A stretch of DNA of 64,000 bases from Synergistaceae bacterium UBA6083. Lineage in GTDB: Bacteria > Synergistota > Synergistia > Synergistales > 79-D21. The notes under the pieces were generated by a model. It saw only the letters and a list, made by a program, of their open reading frames with translations, did not search any database and was not told where the DNA came from. The stretch lies in contig DIXJ01000009.1 of NCBI GenBank assembly GCA_002436015.1, positions 64,121-128,120 of the forward strand, written 5' to 3'. The position numbers and the translations under genes are program-made. Shown here piece by piece: positions 46,333 through 55,860 of the stretch (the first letter of the stretch is position 1; every line of letters starts with the position of its first letter).

Positions 46333-47277
46333 CTAATTTCCCAGTGTTGCGACCATAACCGCCTTGATGGTGTGGAGGCGGTTTTCGGCCTCATCAAAGA
46401 CCTTCGAGTTCCTTGATTCAAATACTTCCTCGGTGACTTCCTTACCCTTTACCGCCGGGAGGCAGTGGAGAAAGATTGTTTCTTTCTTTCCCGTAGCGGC
46501 TATAAGCCTCGCGTTGACCTGGTAGGGGGAAAGAAGAGCGACTCGCTCAGCCATCTTGTCTTCCTCGCCCATTGAAGCCCAGACGTCGGTATAGATCGCA
46601 TCGGCGTCCTTGACGGCAGCGATGGCATCTTCCATGAACTCGATCGTCGATCCGGTTTCCTTGGCAATTGCCTTGCTGCTTTCAACGAGTTCTGATTCCG
46701 GCCATAGTGACCGTGGGGCGGCAATAACGAAGTGGAGACCCATCTTTGCAGAGCCGATCATCAGGGAGTTGGCCATGTTGTTGCGGCCGTCTCCACAGTA
46801 GACGAGGCGAATTCCCTTGAGCCTGCCGAAGTTTTCCTGGATCGTAAGGAAATCGGCGAGGATCTGGGTCGGGTGGTAGGTGTCCGTCAAGCCGTTCCAG
46901 ACCGGGATGCCGCTGTAACAAGCCAACTCTTCGACGACGCTCTGCTTGAAGCCCCGGAATTCAATCCCGTCGAACATGCGGCCAAGGACCCGTGCCGTGT
47001 CCTTCACGTCTTCCTTGTGGCCGAGCTGGATATCGTTCTTGCCCAGGTATTCCGGATGGGCTCCTTCATCGATGCAAGCAACGGTAAAGGCGCACCGGGT
47101 CCGGGTGGAAGGCTTCTCAAAAATCAGGGCGATGTTCTTGCCAGCAAGCAGGTTTCCCTTGATTCCCATTCGCTTCTTGGTTTTCAGGTCTGCAGAAAGC
47201 TGCAGGAGATATCCGATCTCCTCCGAGGTGAAATCCCTGAGTGTCAGGAAACTGCGTCCCTTCAGGTTGATTGGCAT
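46333..47277 (-). CDS. arcB: ornithine carbamoyltransferase (probably catabolic)
   Basis: [23 protein letters not shown] and FLHCLPA motifs. Directly downstream of arcA. Confidence 0.9.
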   Translation of the reverse strand: MPINLKGRSFLTLRDFTSEEIGYLLQLSADLKTKKRMGIKGNLLAGKNIALIFEKPSTRTRCAFTVACIDEGAHPEYLGKNDIQLGHKEDVKDTARVLGRMFDGIEFRGFKQSVVEELACYSGIPVWNGLTDTYHPTQILADFLTIQENFGRLKGIRLVYCGDGRNNMANSLMIGSAKMGLHFVIAAPRSLWPESELVESSKAIAKETGSTIEFMEDAIAAVKDADAIYTDVWASMGEEDKMAERVALLSPYQVNARLIAATGKKETIFLHCLPAVKGKEVTEEVFESRNSKVFDEAENRLHTIKAVMVATLGN

Positions 47278-47319
47278 TTTCCGTTTCCTCCTCCTAACAA
47301 ATATGGGTGTCTGTTGATT

Positions 47320-48561
47320 TTATGAACGCGGTTCCCGCTCGAGCGGCATGCTCATGCAACGGGGACCACCTCTTCCCCTGCCGAGCTCGGCCCCCCGTAT
47401 TTCGTACACCTTGACCCCGTTTTCACGGAGAACCGTGTTGGAAACGACATTGCGCCGATAAGTTACCACAACTCCCGGGGCAATTGAAAACGTGTTGGTC
47501 CCGTCGTTCCATTGGTCCCTCGCAGCCATGACCGGGTCACCACCGCCGGTTTCGATAAGGCGTACCTGGTCGAGGTGAAGGGTCCGTTTCAATGTATCCA
47601 CAAGGTTACGGCTTTCATCGATTCGGACAAGGTTTCCTTCTTCGTCGTATCCCAGTTCCCAGACACGGATGCGATCAGCCACACCGGGGAAGATGGTGAA
47701 GGCATCCCAATCAACCATCGTGAACACCGTGTCCAGATGCATATAGGCGCGGTGTTTCGGAATATCGACAGCCAGTACCGTCCGGATCCCGGCTTCCTTT
47801 GCCAGCCTGCGGCCTACGATCTGGACCGAGCCTGCGGATGTCCTCTGGCTGATTCCGATGGCGACTGTGTCTTCCGAAAGCACGTGAAAATCACCGCCCT
47901 CGATGCAGTAGGGAAAAGAGTCAAGTTTCTCCTCGCCGAAGTAGATCTTCACGTCCTTGAAATAGGGGTGGTACTTGAAGATGTAGCGGGCGTAAATCGG
48001 TTCGCGCTGTCGGGCGTCAAATGACATCACGCTAATGATGACCCCGTTTCGAACGAATGAATAAGGATCCCTCTGGAAGTAGAGGTTGGGCAAGGGGCGG
48101 ATCAGGAGTTCGTGGTCGTCCAGGGTGTTCAGTACCAGGCTGTGGCAATTGCCGAGAAGTTTGTGGGCCTCTGCCTTTGTGATGCCGCCCGTCAGGATCT
48201 CCGCCAGTTCGGGAGAGGAGACTTCCATCATTTCCGACTTGAGGGCGCACGAAAGGGGATAATCCAGGGCTTCCCAGGCGAGGACCTCATCCAGGAGCAT
48301 GGACCGGATTTCTTCCTCGCGCAGGACGTGAGCCAGGCAGTTCCGGAAATAAACAACCTCTACCCCGTTGTCCCTGAGGAGGTCCGCGTAAGCGTCATGT
48401 TCCTTCTGTGCTTCCTCGACCCATAGGATGTCGTCGAACAGGAGATCGTCCTTGTTGTCGATCGTCAGCCGTTCCAGTTCCTTTCCCGGCCTGTGGAGCA
48501 TCACGCGCTTGAGGCGTCCCACTTCCGAAGACACGTTGAAGCCGTTTGTCCCGTTGCTCAT
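47320..48561 (-). CDS. arcA: arginine deiminase
   Basis: 413 aa. [16 protein letters not shown]-terminus and catalytic [11 protein letters not shown]-terminus. Confidence 0.95.
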   Translation of the reverse strand: MSNGTNGFNVSSEVGRLKRVMLHRPGKELERLTIDNKDDLLFDDILWVEEAQKEHDAYADLLRDNGVEVVYFRNCLAHVLREEEIRSMLLDEVLAWEALDYPLSCALKSEMMEVSSPELAEILTGGITKAEAHKLLGNCHSLVLNTLDDHELLIRPLPNLYFQRDPYSFVRNGVIISVMSFDARQREPIYARYIFKYHPYFKDVKIYFGEEKLDSFPYCIEGGDFHVLSEDTVAIGISQRTSAGSVQIVGRRLAKEAGIRTVLAVDIPKHRAYMHLDTVFTMVDWDAFTIFPGVADRIRVWELGYDEEGNLVRIDESRNLVDTLKRTLHLDQVRLIETGGGDPVMAARDQWNDGTNTFSIAPGVVVTYRRNVVSNTVLRENGVKVYEIRGAELGRGRGGPRCMSMPLEREPRS

Positions 48562-48577
48562 GGCCCCTCCTTAAAAA

Positions 48578-48602
48578 TGAACCAAAAAAAGCTTATGGTT
48601 CA
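48578..48602 (-). promoter_or_regulatory. inverted repeat TGAACCA-N11-TGGTTCA in the arcA leader/promoter region
   Basis: A perfect 7-nt inverted repeat seen directly in the sequence. It lies about 10 nt downstream of a TGcTATAAA extended -10-like element (48613-48621, - strand) and just upstream of the AAGGAGG SD of arcA. Confidence 0.4.
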
Positions 48603-48646
48603 GGATAAGACATTTATAGCACAAAGGGACCGTACACGAAAAGGGT

Positions 48647-49489
48647 CTACCTCCACTGGATCAGGGATTCCCTAACGCATTTTGCAGCCAGGGCAGAGGT
48701 GACGTTGTTCACGTCGAGGTCAGGGGCGACCTCGACGAGGTCGAATCCCACAAGGTCGAGCCCTCGCATGCAGGTGATAGCCTCGAGCAGTTCCCGCGAA
48801 GAGATGCCTCCGGCTTCCGGTGTTCCTGTTCCGGGCGCTGCTGCAGGGTCAACGACGTCGATGTCGACCGATAGGTAGATTGGGTGGGACTCGAGCTCTT
48901 TGATAGATTGTTCCAAGGGTTCCAGTACGTCGAAAAGGTGAAGGTTTGTATGTCCCCTCCCCCACTCCATTTCCTCTGCGCAGCCGGAGCGAATCCCGAA
49001 TTGGTAGAGCCGGTGGGTTTGCTCCAGACAGGATTGGGCCACATGGCGCATGACCGAGGAATGGCTCAGGCTGCCGCCACGCAGGCTTGTTCGCAGGTCC
49101 GCATGAGCATCGAAATGGACGACCCGGAGGTCGGGCCAGAAAGAAGCCGCGGCGCGTATCAGGGGAAGTGAAACAAGGTGTTCCCCGCCGAGGCCGGCAA
49201 CTCGCCTGCCTCGGGCGAAAAAGCGTTTCGCAACGCTTTCAACCGTGTCAAGAGCCCGTAGGACATCTCCGTAGGGGAAGCTCAGGTCTTCCAGATCGTA
49301 AAAGGATACATCTGAAAGATCCAAGTCCTGGGCAGGGCTGTAGGTTTCAAGGTTGTGAGATTCGGCCCGGATTGATTCCGGGCCGAATCGGCTCCCTGAC
49401 TTGCGTGAGACCGTGAAATCCATTGGGATTCCCAACAGGATCCACTTCGAGTCACCTAACCTCGGGGAACTGCCGATAAAGCGGGTCAC
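48647..49489 (-). CDS. speB: agmatinase
   Basis: Ureohydrolase Mn motifs GGEH, DAHADL and SVDIDVVDP. Confidence 0.9.
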   Translation of the reverse strand: MTRFIGSSPRLGDSKWILLGIPMDFTVSRKSGSRFGPESIRAESHNLETYSPAQDLDLSDVSFYDLEDLSFPYGDVLRALDTVESVAKRFFARGRRVAGLGGEHLVSLPLIRAAASFWPDLRVVHFDAHADLRTSLRGGSLSHSSVMRHVAQSCLEQTHRLYQFGIRSGCAEEMEWGRGHTNLHLFDVLEPLEQSIKELESHPIYLSVDIDVVDPAAAPGTGTPEAGGISSRELLEAITCMRGLDLVGFDLVEVAPDLDVNNVTSALAAKCVRESLIQWR

Positions 49490-50349
49490 ACCGGGTCTTG
49501 CCCTTCTCCGAGGATTTTTTCGAGGAATGGAGGCAACACGAAACAGGCCTCGTGGATTTTCGGGGAATAGTATTTTGTCCCCTCTGGCGGAAGCCGGAAG
49601 GGTTTGCGGGGATCATGAATCTTGGAAGCGAGAGTGTAGGTCCAGGATCCCGTCGGGTAGGTCGGCATGATTCCCCAGCAGAGTTCGACCACCGGGAAGA
49701 CTTTCTTCATTTCCCGATAGGCGGTCCGGAGGATATCGGGATGCCCCATGGGAGATTCCGTCTGGGAAACGACCATTCCGTCATTGCGCAGGGCACGGTG
49801 AACGTCACGGAAGAAGGCTTCCTCGAAAAGGCCGGCAGCAAAATCGACAGGATCGGTACTATCCACGATGATCACATCGAATTCATCCTGGTGGTCCTTG
49901 ATGTAGACCAGGGCATCCATCGGCCGGACTTCGACCTTGGGGTGATCCAGGGCACTGCTGACGGAAGGAAAAAATTCCCTGGAGGCTTCGATGACCTGTT
50001 CGTCGATGTCAACAAGCGTCACCTTCTCGAGCACGTCATACCGGACAAGTTCCCGGACGATGCCACCGTCCCCTCCGCCCACGACGAGGACACGCCTTGG
50101 CGAGGGATGGGAGCAAAGGGCAAGATGGCTCATCATCTCGTGATAGGTGAATTCGTCCCTGTCCGTGATCATGATGGCTCCGTCGAGAGCCATGAGATTT
50201 CCATACTGCTCCGTTTTCACGACGAGAAGGTGTTGGTAGGGAGTCTGGACGTTCAGCAGGATATCACTGATCCGCAGCCCCAGCCTCATGTCCGGGGTCT
50301 GGTACTCGGTGAACCAAAGGTCCGTTTCGCGGCGCGCCATCGGTTCCAT
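49486..50349 (-). CDS. speE: spermidine synthase (polyamine aminopropyltransferase)
   Basis: LWFTEYQT, VVGGGDGG and VDSTDP motifs. ATG-50349 is 9 nt after the pdaD stop. ATGA-type overlap with speB. Confidence 0.9.
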   Translation of the reverse strand: MEPMARRETDLWFTEYQTPDMRLGLRISDILLNVQTPYQHLLVVKTEQYGNLMALDGAIMITDRDEFTYHEMMSHLALCSHPSPRRVLVVGGGDGGIVRELVRYDVLEKVTLVDIDEQVIEASREFFPSVSSALDHPKVEVRPMDALVYIKDHQDEFDVIIVDSTDPVDFAAGLFEEAFFRDVHRALRNDGMVVSQTESPMGHPDILRTAYREMKKVFPVVELCWGIMPTYPTGSWTYTLASKIHDPRKPFRLPPEGTKYYSPKIHEACFVLPPFLEKILGEGQDPV

Positions 50350-50357
50350 GAGAAGGA

Positions 50358-50837
50358 TTATTCTCCCTTGGCCATGTAGAACAGGGGACAGCCTGCAAAA
50401 ACGCTGCCGCACTGCTCCACAACGTGATCCACAGCCTTAACCTTGACTTCTTTCAGGGAAAGGCTCCTCATCTCAAAGGCTTCCCGGACCATTTCTTCGA
50501 CCTTGCGTGCAGCTTCCTCGGCGGAGCAGAAACCGGAATATTCCATGATCATGCCGAAACTATCGGGATCTGCCGGGACACCCACACCGATAGCGGCAGC
50601 AATCCTTTCACCCGGCACATCGCTGGAAATCGAGCCGTAAGCGATCGGTAGAAGGCTTCCAAAAGGCATTTCCATCTTCGGGACGAAACGGCAACGGGGT
50701 GGCAGAACACTGGAAACCCGCAAGAGGTTCATATTTCCGACTCCTGCTTCCAAAAGCCCCGCATCGAATGCGGTCAGCTTTTTCTCTCCTTCTCCTTTTC
50801 CCACGACCAGGGTGTACAGGCCAGGTGTTTCAATCAT
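50358..50837 (-). CDS. pdaD: pyruvoyl-dependent arginine decarboxylase
   Basis: About 159 aa. NLLRVSSVLPP self-cleavage (Ser-Ser) region and FDAGLLEAGVGN. GAAGGAGG SD before ATG-50837. The longer ORF to 50930 was rejected. Confidence 0.85.
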   Translation of the reverse strand: MIETPGLYTLVVGKGEGEKKLTAFDAGLLEAGVGNMNLLRVSSVLPPRCRFVPKMEMPFGSLLPIAYGSISSDVPGERIAAAIGVGVPADPDSFGMIMEYSGFCSAEEAARKVEEMVREAFEMRSLSLKEVKVKAVDHVVEQCGSVFAGCPLFYMAKGE

Positions 50838-50898
50838 CAGGGGAGCCTCCTTCACATGCAAATAATCCCGTAGGGACCTCGGGGCTGGGGCGAAATTC

Positions 50899-50926
50899 AT
50901 TATACCGGCCCCCCCCCCTCTGTCAA
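50899..50926 (-). promoter_or_regulatory. consensus sigma70 promoter of pdaD-speE-speB (TTGACA-16-TATAAT) with a G10 tract in the spacer
   Basis: On the - strand: TTGACA (50926-50921), 16-nt spacer GAGGGGGGGGGGCCGG, TATAAT (50904-50899). Lies about 60 nt upstream of the pdaD ATG. Confidence 0.65.
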
Positions 50927-51002
50927 TCAAATGGCGGAAAAAAACAAGGCGGGATGGAAATAAGCAGGATTATGTTAAGGATAAACCCGGGGTGAAGCCC
51001 TA

Positions 51003-52058
51003 TCAGTTTGATTTTGGGCCGATTCTGTCCAGGACCGATTTCAGGACCTCTTCGAGGTTGTCCGTCCCGGCAGAGGCGATCACCGCGCCCTTGGAAAAGA
51101 GGATGAAGCCGTTGGGTGAACCTGAAATCCCCAAATCGGCATGTGCGGCTTCACGCGGTCCATTCACCTCGCATCCCATGACGGCGACACTGAATCCGTC
51201 CGGAAGGGAAACCAGGCTTGGGAGAATCCTCTGGACAAGGGCCTGCACGTCAATCCGGCGTCGACCGCACGTGGGGCAGGAAATCAGGTCGAATCCCCTC
51301 CGACGTATTTCCAAGGCGTTGAGGATCGAATACCCGGTCTCCACCTCCTTCACTGAGGGGCCCGTCACGCTGACGCGGATCGTATCTCCGATTCCCTGGT
51401 TCAGGAGGATTCCGATGCCGACCGAGTTTTTTACGACGCCCCGGAGGTCTGGCCCCGCTTCCGTGATCCCGATATGCAGGGGGTAGGGATAACGCTCCGA
51501 GAGAAGTGCATTTGCCCGAATGGTCTCGGGGATCGATGTGGATTTTGCAGAAAGGATGATATTTTCGAACCTATGCTTCATGAGGAACTGGAGTTGTTCT
51601 TCAACGGCTCGCACGAGGGCCATGGCACGATCATTCCCGGCTTCGGCCAACTGTAATCCAGACAGTGAACCGCTGTTGGCTCCGATGCGGATGACGGCTT
51701 GGCGGTCGGCAGCCAAACGAAGGATCTCCGCCAGGCGTTCCGGGCTTCCCATGTTGCCGGGATTGATGCGGATGGCGGGAACCCCCGCCTTGAGGCTCAA
51801 GACCGCGAGGTCGGGATCGAAATGAATATCCGCCATCAATGGAATTTCAGCCTTGGACAAGAGAATCCCAAGGGCTTCGGCTTTCGAGGAGTCGGGAAAA
51901 GCCACTCGCACCATCTCGCAACCTGCCTGGGCAAGGCCGTGCAGTTCGTTTGCACACCCTTCAAGGTTCTCCAGCGGAGTCTTGAGCATGCTTTCGACGC
52001 GGACGGGGTTGTTTCCGCCAATTTCAAGACTTCCCACCGAGACGCTCCTGTTAGACAT
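51003..52058 (-). CDS. ispG: 4-hydroxy-3-methylbut-2-en-1-yl diphosphate synthase (flavodoxin)
   Basis: GcpE family: VRVAFPD, IRINPGN, ISCPTCGRRRID Fe-S Cys motif, and VMGCEVNGP. Confidence 0.95.
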   Translation of the reverse strand: MSNRSVSVGSLEIGGNNPVRVESMLKTPLENLEGCANELHGLAQAGCEMVRVAFPDSSKAEALGILLSKAEIPLMADIHFDPDLAVLSLKAGVPAIRINPGNMGSPERLAEILRLAADRQAVIRIGANSGSLSGLQLAEAGNDRAMALVRAVEEQLQFLMKHRFENIILSAKSTSIPETIRANALLSERYPYPLHIGITEAGPDLRGVVKNSVGIGILLNQGIGDTIRVSVTGPSVKEVETGYSILNALEIRRRGFDLISCPTCGRRRIDVQALVQRILPSLVSLPDGFSVAVMGCEVNGPREAAHADLGISGSPNGFILFSKGAVIASAGTDNLEEVLKSVLDRIGPKSN

Positions 52059-52090
52059 GGGTATTTTCTCCTTTTGATGTTTATTTCACC

Positions 52091-53128
52091 TTACGGGCGA
52101 GTCAGACGGAGGATATCCTTCCATGTGACGAAGACGATCAGTGCCAGAAGCAGCGCGAAGCCCGCCAGGTGGATGAGGTTCTCCCACTTTGAGGGAAGAC
52201 GGCGTCCTGTCACCATCTCTCCGACTAAGAACGAAAGCCTGCCCCCGTCAAGGGCCGGGAAGGGGAAAAGGTTGAGGATCCCGAGGTTCAGGTTGATGAC
52301 GGCCAGGAACGAAATAAATGACCACCACCCCTGTCTTGCCGCATCACCGGCCATCGAGGCGATTCCTACCGGGCCTGCGAATTCCACGTGTTGTTGCCCG
52401 AATGCCCAGGTCCACAAGCCCCTCAGAATGGACACCGTCATTTCCCAGGCCGTTCCAACCGAACGATAGAGGGCTACAGGCAGGGAATAACGGACATTGC
52501 GGGGCCGAATGCCCAGCAGGGGGACGCCGTGTTGGCGATCCTTTTCGACCAGGACGGAAAAGGTTCGGGTTTCTCCTTTTCGGCTGACCACCAGCGAGAT
52601 CGGGCCCTTGGGAGCTTCCTGTCGCAGGGTCGAAGACATGGACTCCCAGTCCGTCACTGTCTTCCCGTTGATCGAAAGGATGCGATCCCCTTCCGAAAGC
52701 CCGATTCGTTCCGCGGGGTATCCGCTCATGGTTGATCCCACCGTGGCCGTACGGACGTCGAGGATCCCGTGGAAGGCCAAAAGAGCTGTCGTCAGGACGA
52801 TTGCGAGAAGGATGTTGAAGAGGGGACCCCCGGCAAGGATGGCGAAACGCTGGAACGGTGTCTTGCTGGGATAGGTTCTCTCTGGCGGGGCGCTTTCACC
52901 GTCCTGCTCCTCCTCCATTCCTGCAAGGCGGACGAAGCCCCCAATGGGAAAAGCCCGGAGGGAATAGACCGTCTCGCCCCGTCGTTTCTGGAAGAACGCA
53001 GGTCCCATGCCGAAGGCGAACTCGTAAACTTTTACACCAAACCGGATGGAAAAGAGAAAGTGCCCGAGTTCGTGGATGACAACGCTGATACCGATAACGA
53101 GCAAAAAAGAAAGTAGGCTGACGATCAA
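52091..53128 (-). CDS. rseP: RIP metalloprotease RseP (site-2 protease)
   Basis: HELGHF zinc motif, PDZ domain, NLFPFPALDGG motif. TTG-53128 forms a TTGA overlap with the dxr stop and has a GAGGAGG SD 8 nt upstream. The ORF is open to 53191. Confidence 0.85.
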   Translation of the reverse strand: MIVSLLSFLLVIGISVVIHELGHFLFSIRFGVKVYEFAFGMGPAFFQKRRGETVYSLRAFPIGGFVRLAGMEEEQDGESAPPERTYPSKTPFQRFAILAGGPLFNILLAIVLTTALLAFHGILDVRTATVGSTMSGYPAERIGLSEGDRILSINGKTVTDWESMSSTLRQEAPKGPISLVVSRKGETRTFSVLVEKDRQHGVPLLGIRPRNVRYSLPVALYRSVGTAWEMTVSILRGLWTWAFGQQHVEFAGPVGIASMAGDAARQGWWSFISFLAVINLNLGILNLFPFPALDGGRLSFLVGEMVTGRRLPSKWENLIHLAGFALLLALIVFVTWKDILRLTRP

Positions 53129-54324
53129 GGGACTGACCTCCTCGAGGATTTTTCTGGGTATAGAGTCTCCATTGCTTTTCTCTTGGACCATTCCATTATA
53201 GCGATTGCCTCCTCGGCTGAGGTCGGGGAAGGACCGGGGTAAGAAGTGAGGACCTCTTCGATGAGGCGCGGGATTGCCGTGAAAGGAAGACGTTCCTCCA
53301 GAAAGGCCTTGACCGCGATCTCATCGGCCCCTACGAGCAGGGCGGGTGCCGCTCCACCGGTTCGGGCCGCCTCCATGGCGATGGAAAGGCAGGGAAAGCG
53401 GTTGAGGTCGGGTTCTTCGAAGGAAAGGGCCAACGTCTCGAGTGGAGGGAATTCGAGGGCGACATCTTTGATCTGGAGCCTTTCAGGATAGGCAAGAGCG
53501 ACAGCGGCAGGGATCCGCATATCCGGGTTCGAGAGCAGCCACTTCATGGTGCAGTCGGAAAAAAGGACCATTCCGTGGACAAAAGATTGCGGGTGGACGA
53601 GGGCCCTGACCTTACCGGCCGGAAGCCTGAAAAGCTGCATGGCCTCCAATATTTCCAATCCCTTGTTCATCAGGGTCGCACTGTCAACCGTGATCTTTGC
53701 TCCCATCGCCCAGACAGGATGCCTCAAGGCCATCTTGGGGGTGACACGCTCGAGTTCCCGGGTGCCCAGTGCCCGGAAAGGTCCACCCGATGCAGTCAGG
53801 ACAATGGACTGGATGCTCCGGTCCATTTCTCCAGATAGGCATTGCCAGACTGCGTTGTGTTCGCTGTCGAGCGGCCTCATCTGGTCTTTGCTGCCAACGA
53901 GGGGCATCACCCAGGGACCCGCGATGACCAGGCTTTCCTTGTTGGCCAGGGAAACGGGTTTTCCTGCCTCCAGGGCGGCCATGAGCGCGGGGATCGCCGC
54001 CGTGCCCGATGATGCAAAGACAACATGACTGGATCCGGGGAAAAGTGAAACCTCTGTCAGGGAATCGAGTCCCGAAAGAACCCTTGTCCCGGGGGGGACC
54101 AGGGGTTTAAGGCTTGCCGCCGCTTCGGGGTCGCACATCGAGACAAGTTCGGGAGCAAATTCGTTTGCCAGGGCTGCCATCCTTGACACATTGCCTAAAC
54201 TCGACAGGGCTGACACATGGAACCGGTTGGGAAAACTCCTGCAGACGTCCAAAACGGCTCCTCCGACACTGCCTGTGGCGCCGATCACCGCAAGCCCGGA
54301 AGGGATAGCCCCCGTGCGGGTCAA
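53125..54324 (-). CDS. dxr: 1-deoxy-D-xylulose 5-phosphate reductoisomerase
   Basis: VIGATGSVG, LANKESLV and LDSEHNA motifs. TTG start in a TTGA overlap with the cdsA stop. Confidence 0.95.
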   Translation of the reverse strand: MTRTGAIPSGLAVIGATGSVGGAVLDVCRSFPNRFHVSALSSLGNVSRMAALANEFAPELVSMCDPEAAASLKPLVPPGTRVLSGLDSLTEVSLFPGSSHVVFASSGTAAIPALMAALEAGKPVSLANKESLVIAGPWVMPLVGSKDQMRPLDSEHNAVWQCLSGEMDRSIQSIVLTASGGPFRALGTRELERVTPKMALRHPVWAMGAKITVDSATLMNKGLEILEAMQLFRLPAGKVRALVHPQSFVHGMVLFSDCTMKWLLSNPDMRIPAAVALAYPERLQIKDVALEFPPLETLALSFEEPDLNRFPCLSIAMEAARTGGAAPALLVGADEIAVKAFLEERLPFTAIPRLIEEVLTSYPGPSPTSAEEAIAIMEWSKRKAMETLYPEKSSRRSVP

Positions 54325-55166
54325 TGCCAGATCACCTCAAAGATCAGGAAAGCGAGCGTGGCATTGACGAGGATGCTGTCGAAACGGTCCAGCATCCCAC
54401 CATGGCCGGGTATCAGTTTTCCAGCATCTTTGACGCCGGCTTCGCGTTTCAGCAGGGATTCTCCAAGGTCGCCGATTTGCCCGGCGAGGCCGCAGAGAAG
54501 CCCCAGCAGGAGAAGCGGGAAGGGTGGAAACTGCCAGGCGAAGGCCAGGAGCCCTGCGCAGAAAAGGCTTCCTGCCACGCCGGCCGCGAATCCTTCCCAT
54601 GTCTTTTTCGGGCTCACATTTTCGCAGAGATAGGTTCTTCCCCAGCGGACTCCGACGAGGTAGGCCGTGATATCGCAGCTCCACGTGCAGGCGAAAAGGG
54701 TGATCAGGAGCATGGTTCCCCATGGTTCCGCTCTGAGTAGCACAAGGAAGGTCCAGGGAAGGGCGATGAAGATCAGGCCCACCAGGGTTCCCCCCATGTT
54801 GAAGATGGCATGGCTGTTCTGGAGCATCTGGCGTCGTATGATCTCGATGCAGAGTACGAGGAATGGGATGAGGGCGGTGATGGCAAGAATGGCTGCTGAA
54901 CTGAAATTAAGGGTTGCTGCTGCGATAAGGAGCAGGGCAGAAATGAAGCCGATGCCACGAGTGACTTTCACCTTGACGGAAAGGAGGTTGTAGAACTCCC
55001 ATAGGGAGACCATGGTGATCAGGGTCACGATGAAGGACCAGTAGATGCCTCCAAGGAGGATGCCACCAAGGATGGCCAGGACCACGAAGGCCCCGCTCAA
55101 GGCCCGGATGATGATTTCACTGCCGAAGGTGCGGCTAGACGGATCCATAGCGTCTCTCCCTCCCAT
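54321..55166 (-). CDS. cdsA: phosphatidate cytidylyltransferase
   Basis: Polytopic. Signature SLLKREAGVKDAGKLIPGHGGMLDRFDS. ATG-55148 is an alternative start. Confidence 0.9.
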   Translation of the reverse strand: MGGRDAMDPSSRTFGSEIIIRALSGAFVVLAILGGILLGGIYWSFIVTLITMVSLWEFYNLLSVKVKVTRGIGFISALLLIAAATLNFSSAAILAITALIPFLVLCIEIIRRQMLQNSHAIFNMGGTLVGLIFIALPWTFLVLLRAEPWGTMLLITLFACTWSCDITAYLVGVRWGRTYLCENVSPKKTWEGFAAGVAGSLFCAGLLAFAWQFPPFPLLLLGLLCGLAGQIGDLGESLLKREAGVKDAGKLIPGHGGMLDRFDSILVNATLAFLIFEVIWH

Positions 55167-55860
55167 GGTAAATGTTCAGGGCTGCTTCGAGGTCCTCGGG
55201 GCCAAAATCCGGCCAGAGTCTTTCCGTAAAATAAAGCTCGCTGTAGGCGCTTTCCCAAAGCCAGAAATTGCTGAGCCTCATCTCTCCGCTTGTTCGGATG
55301 ATCAGGTCCGGATCGGGAACATCCGGGAGATAAAGGTACTTCCTGAAGGTCTTTTCGTCCAGAGGGCGGGTTTCCCCTGAAGCCGTAGCCCTGTTGACCG
55401 CATCGAGAATTTCCTGCCTTCCACCGTAGTTGAGGCAGATAACCAACTGCAGGCCGACCTGTTCGACTGTTTTCTCCTCGGCTTCCCTGATGATGTCTTG
55501 CACATCCGAGGGCAGCCCGTCTATTTTCCCGGCAAACCGGATCCGGGCACCTTCCAGCAGCAGATGGTCGACCTTGCTCCGAATAATTAGGCGAAAAAGG
55601 CCCATCAAGCCCAAGACTTCTTTTTCGGGCCTTTTCCAGTTTTCGCTTGAAAAGGCGTAGAGGGAAAGCGTCTTGATTCCGGCATCCCTTGCGGCCCTGA
55701 CCGTCCGTTCCACCGCCCTGACACCCGCATGGTGCCCCATGATCCGGGGCAGTCCCCGCTTCTTCGCCCAGCGTCCGTTTCCGTCCATGATGATTGCAAC
55801 GTGGGAAGGCAGGGGTTTCTTTTCGCCTTCAGGCAGGTTCATCCCGGGGCTCCTCCTCAT
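55135..55860 (-). CDS. uppS: isoprenyl transferase (undecaprenyl diphosphate synthase)
   Basis: HVAIIMDGNGRWA and IRTSGEMRLSNFWLWESAYSELYF. ATG-55842 is an alternative start. Confidence 0.95.
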   Translation of the reverse strand: MRRSPGMNLPEGEKKPLPSHVAIIMDGNGRWAKKRGLPRIMGHHAGVRAVERTVRAARDAGIKTLSLYAFSSENWKRPEKEVLGLMGLFRLIIRSKVDHLLLEGARIRFAGKIDGLPSDVQDIIREAEEKTVEQVGLQLVICLNYGGRQEILDAVNRATASGETRPLDEKTFRKYLYLPDVPDPDLIIRTSGEMRLSNFWLWESAYSELYFTERLWPDFGPEDLEAALNIYHGRERRYGSV

